Positions 54,466-63,694 of a DNA stretch of 64,000 nucleotides are shown here, one piece after another; within the stretch, counting starts at the first letter, position 1, and each line of letters opens with the position of its first letter. Position numbers and translations under genes: made by a program. Source of the DNA: an uncultured Desulfobacterales bacterium (GTDB lineage: Bacteria > Desulfobacterota > Desulfobacteria > Desulfobacterales > C00003060); assembly GCA_964430705.1 (NCBI GenBank), contig CAYSGJ010000231.1, positions 3,245 to 67,244 on the forward strand, given 5' to 3'. The notes beneath the pieces were generated by a model, which ran no database searches, was not told the origin of the DNA, and worked only from the letters and a program-made list of their open reading frames with translations.

Positions 54466-55080
54466 ATGTTCAATCCGGAGTTCCTCTTAACCTCCCTAAT
54501 TGTGGTCCTGGTTCCCGGAACCGGAGTGATCTATACGGTATCCACCGGCCTTTTTCGTGGCCGGCGATCAAGCATCGCCGCCGCATTTGGTTGTACGGCG
54601 GGGATCATCCCGCACCTATCGGCCAGCGTACTCGGGCTGTCTGCCATCCTTCATATGAGCGCTGTTGCTTTTCAGTGCATCAAATTCGCAGGTGTCCTCT
54701 ATCTGCTCTACCTAGCATGGTCGATGTGGTATGAAACAGGGGGCATCAGGTTCGACTCCTCTGCCTCGAAGCACAGCTTCACGCAGATTGCCCTCAGGGG
54801 GTTCTTGATTAACATCCTCAACCCCAAGCTGTCGATTTTCTTCTTGGCTTTTCTGCCGCTTTTCGTCTCCGCAGGGGCGGCATCGCCTATGCTCGAGATG
54901 ATACTTCTTAGTCTTGTTTTCATGGCCATGACGCTGGTTATTTTCATTCTGTACGGCATTGCGGCGAATGGGTTTAGTAGGCACGTGACAAGCTCACCGA
55001 GGTTGGTTCTCTGGCTCCAACGCTCATTTGCAGCCATATTCGCAGCACTTGGGGTAAAGCTGGCAATGGCTGACCAATAG
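54466..55080 (+). CDS. LysE/RhtB-family amino-acid exporter
   Basis: 204 aa with ~6 TM segments. The N-terminal LIVVLVPGTGVIYTVSTGL..G and ILNPKLSIFFLAFLP motifs are typical of LysE. Confidence 0.85.
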   Translation: MFNPEFLLTSLIVVLVPGTGVIYTVSTGLFRGRRSSIAAAFGCTAGIIPHLSASVLGLSAILHMSAVAFQCIKFAGVLYLLYLAWSMWYETGGIRFDSSASKHSFTQIALRGFLINILNPKLSIFFLAFLPLFVSAGAASPMLEMILLSLVFMAMTLVIFILYGIAANGFSRHVTSSPRLVLWLQRSFAAIFAALGVKLAMADQ

Positions 55081-55589
55081 CCCGGCTGGTAGCTTCGCAT
55101 AAGCATACAGTGGAAGGGATGCGATGAAGCTCGGCATTTTTTCTGATAATATCCTTGGTGCGCCGCTCACCGCCATGTTCTGCATTTGCTTCGAGGAAGA
55201 TCGCAAGAATGATAAAGAGATATTTCGATGACTTGAATATGGTTATCGCTACCTGATTGCATGTCAGAATTCCATGATGCCGGGGCTCAAGTGATGATCA
55301 ATTCCCGGCATCACGAAACCATGCACCGGATTACTATTCCGCTATCGCTTTATAGCAACAGGCGACAGAGCCATGACGGATTCAGTCAGATGTGCGGTTT
55401 GAGTTTGTTTTTGTGGATGAAGAGGACTTTGAAAAATACAAACCTGCTTCATTCAGGCAATTATTTGACAACTTCCAGGAATACAAAGAGGAAACATAAC
55501 CAAGCGCTGCACTGGATTTTTACTCCGCTCCGCTTCGTAAAAACAAGTTGTTTCGGCACGTAAAGCCGTGCGTAGTGAGGTGAAACAAT

Positions 55590-55844
55590 ATGAAAGCGAA
55601 ATATGATTTTAGCAAGGGCAAGCGTGGTGCCGTGCTCCCTCAAGCGGGTAATAAAGTTCGGATAACCATCAGACTAGACCGTGATATTGTCGATTGGTTC
55701 CGTTCCAAAGTTGAGGAACAAGGTGGGGGGAATTACCAGTCGATGCTAAATGACGCTCTCAGAAAGCACATTGAACACCAAGATCAACCCCTTGAAGAGG
55801 TTCTCCGTCGTGTTGTACGGGAGGAGTTACGCTCATCTCAATAA
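55590..55844 (+). CDS. brnA: BrnA-type (CopG-like) antitoxin, no partner toxin visible
   Basis: KYDFSKGKRG...KVRITIRLDRDIVDWFRSKVEEQGGGNYQSMLNDALRKHI is the BrnA pattern. No intact BrnT ORF lies upstream. Confidence 0.7.
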   Translation: MKAKYDFSKGKRGAVLPQAGNKVRITIRLDRDIVDWFRSKVEEQGGGNYQSMLNDALRKHIEHQDQPLEEVLRRVVREELRSSQ

Positions 55845-55848
55845 GTAA

Positions 55849-56061
55849 GGTCTATGGCGAACCTTTGCATGCACCAGACCGGAAGGGACGGGCGATTACA
55901 TCTTCGAAAACGAACGGCAGAGCTTCTGTACCAAAAAAGGCCGCTCCCTGGAGCTTGAAAGCGTGTTCCACGAATGTACGCCGGGTCGCAGCAAAATCGC
56001 TGTAAAGGTGGTGGATATCTTCGGCAACGACACCATGACGATTGTTGATGTGAATGTATGA
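55849..56061 (+). pseudogene. 3' remnant of a DNA methyltransferase gene
   Basis: A 70-codon open frame with no start, beginning right after a stop. It ends ..GRSKIAVKVVDIFGNDTMTIVDVNV, which matches my recollection of C-termini of N6/N4 DNA methylases (not searched). Confidence 0.3.
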
Positions 56062-56303
56062 ATCCGCAGATTACGCAGATGAGCGCAGATGCTGCTAACC
56101 GGCAAAAAAGGCCTGAAGTAGGCAGAATTTTCCTTTCGTCGTTCACTATTGACCAGGAACGCCTGCTTTCTCAAATAAAGACGCTTCGGCTATTTCCCCG
56201 TTTTTTTTAAAAAGCCTAACATCTTTAAAAAACAATAAAAGTATCGTATTTATATCGACTGTTTATCAAGTTTCCCGTCCAGGAATGATGCCGCAGTTTT
56301 CTA

Positions 56304-56319
56304 TGGCACCGCCATTGCA
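56304..56319 (+). promoter_or_regulatory. sigma-54 (-24/-12) promoter of the flgF operon
   Basis: TGGCACCGCCATTGCA is an exact TGGCAC-N5-TTGCA, 40 nt upstream of the flgF TTG start (RBS GGAGGG). Confidence 0.7.
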
Positions 56320-56358
56320 CAGTCCCTGTTTCAGCGAAAATACAGGAGGGCGATAGCA

Positions 56359-57036
56359 TTGTACCCCGGCATTAATCAGGTGGTTAGAGGTTGTCGAATA
56401 CAGGAGCACCGGCTTGAAACAATCGCCAATAATCTTGCCAATGCCAATACCACGGGATTCAAAAAAGACATCCTTTCTTTTGATCATTGGTTGCGTGTCC
56501 ACCAGAAAACCAACCTGGCGCAGGGCAATATGCGGCACACGGGAAACGCCGTGGATATCGCTTTGTCGGGAGAAGGCTTTTTCAAGGTCAGTACACCGGA
56601 AGGAATACGATACACGCGGGACGGAAGGTTTTACGTGAACGCCGAGGGCCAATTGTCCACCACTGGCGGCCATCCGGTATTGGGCGAAAGCGGGCCCATT
56701 TCTATCCAGGGCACGGACATCAGCGTTGACGACTACGGAAAAATATCCGTGGATGGAGAAGAGGCGGATACGGTGGCCGTTGTCTCTTTCCCGAGACCCG
56801 AACTTCTTCGGAAGCAAGGCGAGTCAAGTTTTATATACCATGGCGACGACGGGGAAGAACCCAGGCCGCAGGAAACCTTGGTTAAACAGGGATATGTTGA
56901 AGAATCCAACGTGGCCGTGACGCAGGAAATGATCACGATGATCGAAACACTGCGACATTTCGAGTCTTATCAAAAAGTACTACAGACGTTTGACGAAACA
57001 GATGCCAAGGTCATCAACGAGGTCGGCAAACTATAG
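56359..57036 (+). CDS. flgF: flagellar basal-body rod protein FlgF
   Basis: The ..LETIANNLANANTTGFKKD N-terminal rod motif and a conserved C-terminal helix (TQEMITMIETLRHFESYQKVLQTFDE). Confidence 0.85.
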   Translation: MYPGINQVVRGCRIQEHRLETIANNLANANTTGFKKDILSFDHWLRVHQKTNLAQGNMRHTGNAVDIALSGEGFFKVSTPEGIRYTRDGRFYVNAEGQLSTTGGHPVLGESGPISIQGTDISVDDYGKISVDGEEADTVAVVSFPRPELLRKQGESSFIYHGDDGEEPRPQETLVKQGYVEESNVAVTQEMITMIETLRHFESYQKVLQTFDETDAKVINEVGKL

Positions 57037-57059
57037 TCTGGAAATCAAGGAGGAAGCCG

Positions 57060-57842
57060 ATGTTAAGAGGATTATGGACGGCTGCTTCGGGCATGGCGGC
57101 CCAACAGATGAACGTGGATGTTATTGCCAACAATTTGGCAAACGTGAACACGGCGGGTTTTAAAAAAAGCCGGTCGGATTTTGCGGATCTGATGTACCAG
57201 ACCCTTCGTTTGCCCGGGGCTACTACTGCAACGGGCAACCAGCAACCGACAGGTATTCAGATCGGCATGGGCTGCAAGCCCATGGGTGTGGCGAAAATGT
57301 TTTCCCAGGGAGATTACAACCAGACCGGCAACGAACTGGATCTAGCCATTGAGGGAAAGGGCTTCTTTCAGTTGTTGAGTAATGACGAAGAGGTGTATAC
57401 ACGCGCCGGAAATTTCCGAATAGATAGCGAAGGCTATGTTTGCAACCCCGCCGGCGACAGACTCCAGCCGGAGATCAGTGTCCCGGCGGACACCGTTTTC
57501 ATCTCCGTTGATTCCAATGGCAGGCTGACAGCCTTTGGCGCGGGAAATGACGAGTTGGCCACCGCGGACATCAAATTGTACACCTTTATCAATCCTGCCG
57601 GACTCTACAGTGCAGGGAGAAATCTGTTAAAAGCCACCGAGGCGTCCGGAGAGGCCACGGAAGGCGATCCGGGCAGGGACGGCGTTGGAACGGTGTCTCA
57701 AGGCTATCTTGAAATGTCCAACGTGAACGTGGTCGAAGAGATGGTTTCCATGATTACGGCTCAGCGGGCCTATGAGACCAACTCCAAGGCGATTCAGACT
57801 GCCGATCAGATGCTTCAGATGGCGAACAACATTAAACGATAA
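57060..57842 (+). CDS. flgG: flagellar distal rod protein FlgG
   Basis: MLRGLWTAASGMAAQQMNVDVIANNLANVNTAGFKKSR..SQGYLEMSNVNVVEEMVSMITAQRAYE is canonical FlgG. Confidence 0.95.
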   Translation: MLRGLWTAASGMAAQQMNVDVIANNLANVNTAGFKKSRSDFADLMYQTLRLPGATTATGNQQPTGIQIGMGCKPMGVAKMFSQGDYNQTGNELDLAIEGKGFFQLLSNDEEVYTRAGNFRIDSEGYVCNPAGDRLQPEISVPADTVFISVDSNGRLTAFGAGNDELATADIKLYTFINPAGLYSAGRNLLKATEASGEATEGDPGRDGVGTVSQGYLEMSNVNVVEEMVSMITAQRAYETNSKAIQTADQMLQMANNIKR

Positions 57843-57863
57843 TGCAATCCCGGAGATGCATGC

Positions 57864-58868
57864 ATGAAAAACACCCAACGCGTGTTGATCGTATATTTCA
57901 AAGCGGCCGGCCTTATGATGACGATCGTTGCCCAATGGACGATCCTCAGTTTTTCTGTGGCTTGGGCACAAACGGCGCCGCGTATTGTTGTCAGCGAAGA
58001 CTCTTGGATTAAAGGTGATAAGGTTTACCTTAAAGACGTGGCGACCATTGAAGGGACACCCGACCAGCAAAAACGGCTCGGAATGATTCATTTGGCTTTT
58101 GCGCCGAGTCCCGGAAAAGACAAAACGCTTCATGGTTCGTGGATCGTCTCCAAGATTCGTTCTGATAAATGGTCGCCGGGCGACGTCGTCTTGAAAATAC
58201 CGGAGTACGTCCGGGTGCGTAGGACCTCTCAAATCATAGACGAAGAGAGGCTCTTTCGTCTTTATGCTGATTTTATCGCCCAAAAACTGGAAATCCAAAG
58301 GGACGACTACGACATTCTACGTTTCAAGGTGATCGGCAACGGGCCGATTCCGGAGGGAGACTGTGATATTGAAATCACCAACCGAAAGGATGGCGCCCTT
58401 ATGGGGTATGTGCGTCTTTCCGCCGTTGTCCGGGTAAATGGGGAGCGGGAAAGACGCCTGATCCTGTCCGGTTGGATTGATCGCTTTGAACCTGTGGTAT
58501 GCACCCTTGAACCCCTAGAGCGCGGTGCTATTCTTACCGGAGACGAGCTGTGCCTTGAAAAACACAATATCGCCAAGCTTCCAACCAATGTCCTTACCTC
58601 CCTGGAAACCCTCGTGGGCATGAGACTGAAACGCTCAGTAGATGCCGGTACGGTGTTGTCGGCCAGCGCTGTTGACGTTCCGCCCCTTATCGATAAAGGG
58701 GATCGGGTGACGATTGTTGTCGAATCGTTTTCGATCAGGGTTACAGCCCTGGGGGTTGCCAAAGACAAAGGGTCGGAAGGCGATTACATCCGCGTCGAAA
58801 ACCTGATGAACAATATGGAGATTGTGGCCTCTGTCGTTGATGGTTCCACGGTCAGAGTGCACTTCTAA
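57864..58868 (+). CDS. flgA: flagellar P-ring assembly chaperone FlgA
   Basis: Signal sequence. C-terminal SAF-type block GDRVTIVVESFSIRVTALGVAKDKGSEGDYIRVENLMNNMEIVASVVDGSTVRV. Confidence 0.8.
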   Translation: MKNTQRVLIVYFKAAGLMMTIVAQWTILSFSVAWAQTAPRIVVSEDSWIKGDKVYLKDVATIEGTPDQQKRLGMIHLAFAPSPGKDKTLHGSWIVSKIRSDKWSPGDVVLKIPEYVRVRRTSQIIDEERLFRLYADFIAQKLEIQRDDYDILRFKVIGNGPIPEGDCDIEITNRKDGALMGYVRLSAVVRVNGERERRLILSGWIDRFEPVVCTLEPLERGAILTGDELCLEKHNIAKLPTNVLTSLETLVGMRLKRSVDAGTVLSASAVDVPPLIDKGDRVTIVVESFSIRVTALGVAKDKGSEGDYIRVENLMNNMEIVASVVDGSTVRVHF

Positions 58869-58878
58869 GGAGTGGCAG

Positions 58879-59595
58879 ATGATGAGACTTGCGATATCAA
58901 TATGGATGATGTCCATTCTGTTGGGTGCGGTATTCCTTTCCGGTTGTACGACCATGCCTTCTCAGAGAAAACAACTGGAGGTCCATACGACGGACATCCA
59001 AGGACACGAATTTGAAATCCTGGAGGCTTCCATACCTTCTGAGGGGGCCCTGTGGGCGGACGGAACGTGCAGGGGGCTTTTTTCCGACATGAGAGCCATG
59101 CAAGTCGGGGATTTGGTCTCGATAAGAATTTCGGAAAAGCCCAAAGGAGAACTGTCCGCCAAAACACAAACGAGTCGCGATTCGAGTATTGAAGCAGGGA
59201 TCCCCAATTTTTTGGGCATCATGGAGACGTATGGTCAAAATCACAGCCTTGATCCGAGCAACATGTTCAAAGCGAACATGGGCAACAGCTTTACGGGAAA
59301 TGGATCGAATAGTCGCGACGGCGAATTGATTGCCTACGTTACCGCCAGAGTCGTTCAGGTGTTGTCAAATGGGAACCTTCGGATTGTCGGCAGGCAAGAG
59401 ATCAGGGTGAACACGGAAACCCAACATATTACCGTCTCAGGTATTGTTCGGCCCGAAGACATTAACACGAACAATGAGGTCCAATCGACCTATATTGCCG
59501 ATGCCAGAATAGAATACGGAGGTCGGGGTTCGATAGCAGATAAGCAACAACCGGGGTGGTTGATGAGAGGGCTTGATAAAGTATGGCCGTTTTAG
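58879..59595 (+). CDS. flgH: flagellar L-ring lipoprotein FlgH
   Basis: ATG 58879 after AAGGAG. Lipobox FLSGC. LFSD.RA..VGDLVSI.I.E and ITVSGIVRPEDI are FlgH blocks. Confidence 0.9.
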   Translation: MMRLAISIWMMSILLGAVFLSGCTTMPSQRKQLEVHTTDIQGHEFEILEASIPSEGALWADGTCRGLFSDMRAMQVGDLVSIRISEKPKGELSAKTQTSRDSSIEAGIPNFLGIMETYGQNHSLDPSNMFKANMGNSFTGNGSNSRDGELIAYVTARVVQVLSNGNLRIVGRQEIRVNTETQHITVSGIVRPEDINTNNEVQSTYIADARIEYGGRGSIADKQQPGWLMRGLDKVWPF

Positions 59596-59701
59596 TGATT
59601 GTTCATCAGTCATCGGCATAGGGTCACCGGCAACGGTTGGGCCCTTTAGAGGTTAAAAAAAAGGGTCGTAACGATTGAGACATCATACAAGGATAAAACC
59701 G

Positions 59702-60880
59702 ATGAAAGCACTCAAAAAAGCGACGATGGTCCTGATCGCGGCAGCCGTGCTGCAACTTTTTGCCCATCAAGTCTTTGCCGCCAGGATAAAAGACATGGCA
59801 TCGATCAAAGGGGTCAGGAAGAATCAGCTTGTCGGCTATGGTCTTGTGGTCGGCCTTAACGGCACGGGAGATAAGTCGGGGACGGGTTTTACGTTTCAGT
59901 CTTTATCCAACATGATTGAGCGCTTGGGGATTCATGTGGACAAGTCGAGCATATCCGTCAAAAACGTGGCGGCTGTGATGGTTACCGCGGATATTCCGCC
60001 CTTTGCAAAGATTGGAAACAAGGTCGATGTCCTGGTGTCTTCGATCGGCGATGCCAAAAGTCTTCAAGGGGGAACACTCTTGTTGACCCCGTTGCGGGGC
60101 GTGGATCGTAACGTTTATGCCCTGGCCCAAGGTCCGGTAGTTGTCGGCGGTTTTTCCGCTGAAGGAAGCGCCGGCGGGGGCGTAACCAAAAACCATCCCA
60201 CCGTAGGCCGGATCTCCGGTGGGGCGATGGTAGAGCGAGAAATCACCGTATCGGTTCAAGGCAAAGAAGAACTCTTTATTGCTTTGGACAGTGCCGATTT
60301 TACGACGGCGGTCAGGGTTTGTGATGCCATCAACACGCGCTTTGGCGAAGTGATGGCCACGACGGTAGATTCGGGCACACTCAGAATGCAAGTGCCGGAA
60401 AACTACCGCCAACGGGTCGTTGAGATGGTTGCCATGTTGGAAAACCTGGAAGTGATTCCGGATACTGCAGCCAAGGTGGTGGTCAACGGCAGGACGGGTA
60501 CCGTGGTCGTAGGCGAAAACGTAAGAATTTCAACTGTTGCCGTAGCCCACGGGAATATCAGTGTGGTCATAAAGGAAAATACCTGGGTATCGCAGCCGGC
60601 CCCCTTTGCTCCCGGTTCGCCGGAGGGCTCGGGCACGGGGCAGTATCAGCCGGAAGACGGGGCCGTGGTGGCTCCCGGCGGGCAAACAGTCGTTGTCCCT
60701 GATTCGGACGTCACCGTTGAAGAAGAAAAGAACCGGTTGATTCTGCTTCCCAGCGGCACCACCATCGGGGAATTGGTCCGTGCCCTAAACGCCATAGGGG
60801 CAACCCCAAGAGACTTGATCAGCATTTTTCAGACACTGAAAGCCGCCGGTGCGCTTCATGCCCAACTGGAGTTGCTATAA
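59702..60880 (+). CDS. flgI: flagellar P-ring protein FlgI
   Basis: Signal peptide, then RIKDMASIKGVRKNQLVGYGLVVGLNGTGD, the canonical FlgI N-terminus. Confidence 0.95.
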   Translation: MKALKKATMVLIAAAVLQLFAHQVFAARIKDMASIKGVRKNQLVGYGLVVGLNGTGDKSGTGFTFQSLSNMIERLGIHVDKSSISVKNVAAVMVTADIPPFAKIGNKVDVLVSSIGDAKSLQGGTLLLTPLRGVDRNVYALAQGPVVVGGFSAEGSAGGGVTKNHPTVGRISGGAMVEREITVSVQGKEELFIALDSADFTTAVRVCDAINTRFGEVMATTVDSGTLRMQVPENYRQRVVEMVAMLENLEVIPDTAAKVVVNGRTGTVVVGENVRISTVAVAHGNISVVIKENTWVSQPAPFAPGSPEGSGTGQYQPEDGAVVAPGGQTVVVPDSDVTVEEEKNRLILLPSGTTIGELVRALNAIGATPRDLISIFQTLKAAGALHAQLELL

Positions 60881-60883
60881 GCC

Positions 60884-61222
60884 ATGATCGATCTATTGGC
60901 AACGCATAGTATTGCGCACACAGGCCGGCCCGTAACCTGGAAGGGGAATGGCAAGACGGTCGAAGAAAGCGGACTCAGGAAGGCTTGCGCCGAATTCGAG
61001 TCGATTTTTATTCACTATATGCTGCGCGCAGCGCGAAAGGCTCTGCCGGAAGACGGGCTTTTTGATCGAACCAACGAAAGCAAGATCTACAAGTCTATGA
61101 TGGATGAACAGTTGGCCCATGTTGTCACCAAAGGACGGGGCGTGGGGCTTGCAGCACTTCTCTACGACGGATTGAGTGCGGCGGAAGCCAAGGCCCCGGT
61201 CGATGTTTCACAATACGCGTAA
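60884..61222 (+). CDS. flgJ: rod-binding protein (single-domain FlgJ N-terminal homologue)
   Basis: 112 aa. ACAEFESIFIHYMLRAARKAL....IYKSMMDEQLA is the rod-binding domain. No muramidase domain. Confidence 0.7.
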   Translation: MIDLLATHSIAHTGRPVTWKGNGKTVEESGLRKACAEFESIFIHYMLRAARKALPEDGLFDRTNESKIYKSMMDEQLAHVVTKGRGVGLAALLYDGLSAAEAKAPVDVSQYA

Positions 61223-61303
61223 TCCTCTGGATCCTCATAGGGGGTAGGTGCTCAGACAACAGGGTTTATGAAATAATACGAGGAGAGGTCGCAGACGGGG
61301 ACA

Positions 61304-61332
61304 TTTTAGCGGCCGGCTGATTCTACCGATAA
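61304..61332 (+). promoter_or_regulatory. possible sigma-28 (FliA) promoter for flgN-flgK-flgL
   Basis: CCGATAA at 61326-61332 matches the -10 GCCGATAA. The -35 region (TTTTAG, 61304-61309) only weakly matches TAAA. It lies 35 nt upstream of the flgN ATG. Confidence 0.35.
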
Positions 61333-61366
61333 CGACGGTATGGCGCTTGAAAAAGAGGGATAGCCC

Positions 61367-61867
61367 ATGGAAACCAAATTTCAGAATCTCGAAGATCTAT
61401 TTTATAAAAAGTTAATTTTATATCAGGAGCTTAAGGAATGTCTGGAGGAAGAGCGGGGATTTTTGGTTGAGGCGGACATGGACGCTTTATGGGATATTTC
61501 AGATAAAAAACAAGCCATTGTCCCGCGCATTGAGGCTATTCGGGAAAAGATGCTTTTGACCCTGTCGGAGGCATCCATCCACTACCGGCCGGGTGGCCCG
61601 GACTTTTCTTTGACGACCGTGCTCTCGCTTATTCCCGAGCGATACCGAGAGCGTTTCAGGAAACCTTACCTATCCTTGGTAAAACTGAAAACAGAGGTTC
61701 GACAACGAAGCCGGGAAAACAAACATTTTGTGGAAAAGAGTCTTGATTTTCTCGACGAACTCATTGGAATCCTCGCCAGTGCGGGAGGATCCGATAATAC
61801 GTATACCGATGGCAGGGTTTCTTCGAACAGAAGCCATGCCAACCTTTTGCTGCACAAAGAGGCATAG
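61367..61867 (+). CDS. flgN: FlgN-like flagellar export chaperone
   Basis: 166-aa helical protein. Its position immediately upstream of flgK, and L..L...L..E...L.......L heptads, fit FlgN. Confidence 0.6.
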   Translation: METKFQNLEDLFYKKLILYQELKECLEEERGFLVEADMDALWDISDKKQAIVPRIEAIREKMLLTLSEASIHYRPGGPDFSLTTVLSLIPERYRERFRKPYLSLVKLKTEVRQRSRENKHFVEKSLDFLDELIGILASAGGSDNTYTDGRVSSNRSHANLLLHKEA

Positions 61868-61870
61868 ATT

Positions 61871-63673
61871 ATGAGCGGTATTGGAATGATATTGGACATT
61901 GCCAAAGGAGGGCTCGCGGCACAGAGCTACGGCTTGGACGTAACCGCACACAACATTGCCAATGTGAACACCGATGGTTATTCCAGACAACGCGCGGTAT
62001 TTGAGACCAATGATCCTTATCTTTTCGGCGGGGCATTGTTGGGACGTGGGACCAACGTCTCTGATGTGGTGAGAATCAGTGACCAATTCATTGACAATCA
62101 GATGGCGGGTCAAAAAGCGGATCTGTCCGCTTCCGTGGAGATGGAAAACTACATGAAGGTCCTGGAAGGATTGTTCAATGAAAACTCCGATTCCAGCATC
62201 AGCAGCATGCTGTCCGGGTTTTGGAACCTGTGGCACGATGTGATCAACAATCCATCCGGAGATGCCGAACGAATGGCGCTTTACGAACACAGCATTTTTC
62301 TGGCGGAGCAATTCAACGCGGTCGATGCCGACTTGACACAGCTTCAAAGGGATTTGACCGGTGCCGTGAGCGCAGCCGTAGGAGACATCAATCGGATTAC
62401 CAGTGAGATCGGGGAACTCAACAATCAGATCGTGGGCATGGAAGTAGGCAATATCGCCAATGACTTGAGAGACAAACGAAACTTTCTGGTTTGGCAGCTG
62501 TCCGAATACCTGGATGTGAAAAGTTTTGAACAGAATGACGGATCGCTTACCGTTATCACGGCCAAGGGTTGCGTTCTGGTGACCGGAAGAGATAACTACG
62601 AATTGAGCCTCAATGGCAGTGCTGTGGAGTGGACCAGTTCGAGCGGGTCTGCAGTGGATATTACGGATTACCTGACCACCGGGAAACTGGGAGGATGGTT
62701 GGATGTCCGCGACGAAATTATTGCCAAGTACAAGTTGGACCTGGGGTCGTTGGCCGAAGAATTCGTTTGGGCCGTCAACCGGCAACACAGCCAGGGGGTA
62801 GGGCTCGCGGGGTTCAGCTCTGTGACGGGGACGTATGCCGCTACAACGCCAGGCGATGCCATCACTGCCTCCGGGCTGGACTATCAGGGCAAGGTGGACG
62901 ACACGAACCAAACATTCCAGATTTGGCTCTTTGATGCCAATGGGGATCCTTATGATTCTGACGGTGTTACGGCCGGACTTCAAGGAAATCCCGTTACGAT
63001 TACCGTGACGGCCGGCATGACGGTCAATGAATTGGTAGCGGCTATTGACGCGGAGAACGGTGTTCAAGCGTCTATTGATGCACAGACAAACCAAGTAACC
63101 ATCGGAATCGATACAGGCGTCCCCACGCTGGGATCTCTCGCCTTTGCGAATGACGCTTCTAATGCCCTGGCCGCCCTTGGCATCAACACCTTTTTCACGG
63201 GCGCAACCGCCGGAGGCATGGGGGTGAACAGCCTGATCGGCACGAACAAAAACTATATTGCTGCCGCCCAGGTTGATACCACAGCCGCGTCATCGAGCTA
63301 TGGATCATTTGCTGCGGGGGACAACACCAATGCTCGGGCCATTGCCGATCTGCAGCATGCCTCTCAGACCATATCGCAATGGACGGTGGACAGGGTCGAG
63401 GGCAACACCGAGGGCAGCGTTACGGCCACCATGGAAGACTACTTTCATTCCATGGTGAGTTCCATTGGGATCAAGTCGGCCAGTGTTTCCAGGGCCAAAA
63501 GTTTCAATGCAGTCATGACGACGAAACTGGAAGGCGTGCGAGACAGCATCTCTGCGGTGAACCTAGATGAAGAAATGACCAACATGATAAAGTTTCAGCA
63601 TGCCTACACGGCAGCCGCAAAACTGATCAGCGTTGCCGATGAGTTGCTCACATCGTTGCTTGCCACGAAATAG
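61871..63673 (+). CDS. flgK: flagellar hook-associated protein 1 FlgK
   Basis: N-terminal GLAAQSYGLDVTAHNIANVNTDGYSRQR and C-terminal VNLDEEMTNMIKFQHAYTAAAKLISVADELL. Confidence 0.9.
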   Translation: MSGIGMILDIAKGGLAAQSYGLDVTAHNIANVNTDGYSRQRAVFETNDPYLFGGALLGRGTNVSDVVRISDQFIDNQMAGQKADLSASVEMENYMKVLEGLFNENSDSSISSMLSGFWNLWHDVINNPSGDAERMALYEHSIFLAEQFNAVDADLTQLQRDLTGAVSAAVGDINRITSEIGELNNQIVGMEVGNIANDLRDKRNFLVWQLSEYLDVKSFEQNDGSLTVITAKGCVLVTGRDNYELSLNGSAVEWTSSSGSAVDITDYLTTGKLGGWLDVRDEIIAKYKLDLGSLAEEFVWAVNRQHSQGVGLAGFSSVTGTYAATTPGDAITASGLDYQGKVDDTNQTFQIWLFDANGDPYDSDGVTAGLQGNPVTITVTAGMTVNELVAAIDAENGVQASIDAQTNQVTIGIDTGVPTLGSLAFANDASNALAALGINTFFTGATAGGMGVNSLIGTNKNYIAAAQVDTTAASSSYGSFAAGDNTNARAIADLQHASQTISQWTVDRVEGNTEGSVTATMEDYFHSMVSSIGIKSASVSRAKSFNAVMTTKLEGVRDSISAVNLDEEMTNMIKFQHAYTAAAKLISVADELLTSLLATK

Positions 63674-63694
63674 ACATGAAAGGACTCAAGGCTC

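Noticed and set aside
55081-55589. 100-aa ORF (55261-55563) and short frames between the LysE gene and brnA; searched for a BrnT toxin
   Set aside because: No frame gives a BrnT-like or other recognisable sequence. There are only fragments of 35-40 codons bounded by stops, so this is probably degraded sequence.
56065-56090. CGCAGAT repeated three times at 9-10-nt spacing
   Set aside because: It is too short and too few copies to call a tandem repeat family or a CRISPR-like array. It is noted only as part of the junction region.
61670-63094. 474-aa minus-strand ORF
   Set aside because: It lies fully antisense to flgK, whose termini carry canonical hook-associated motifs. The translation is Arg/Gly/His-rich and low-complexity. 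This is a shadow ORF.
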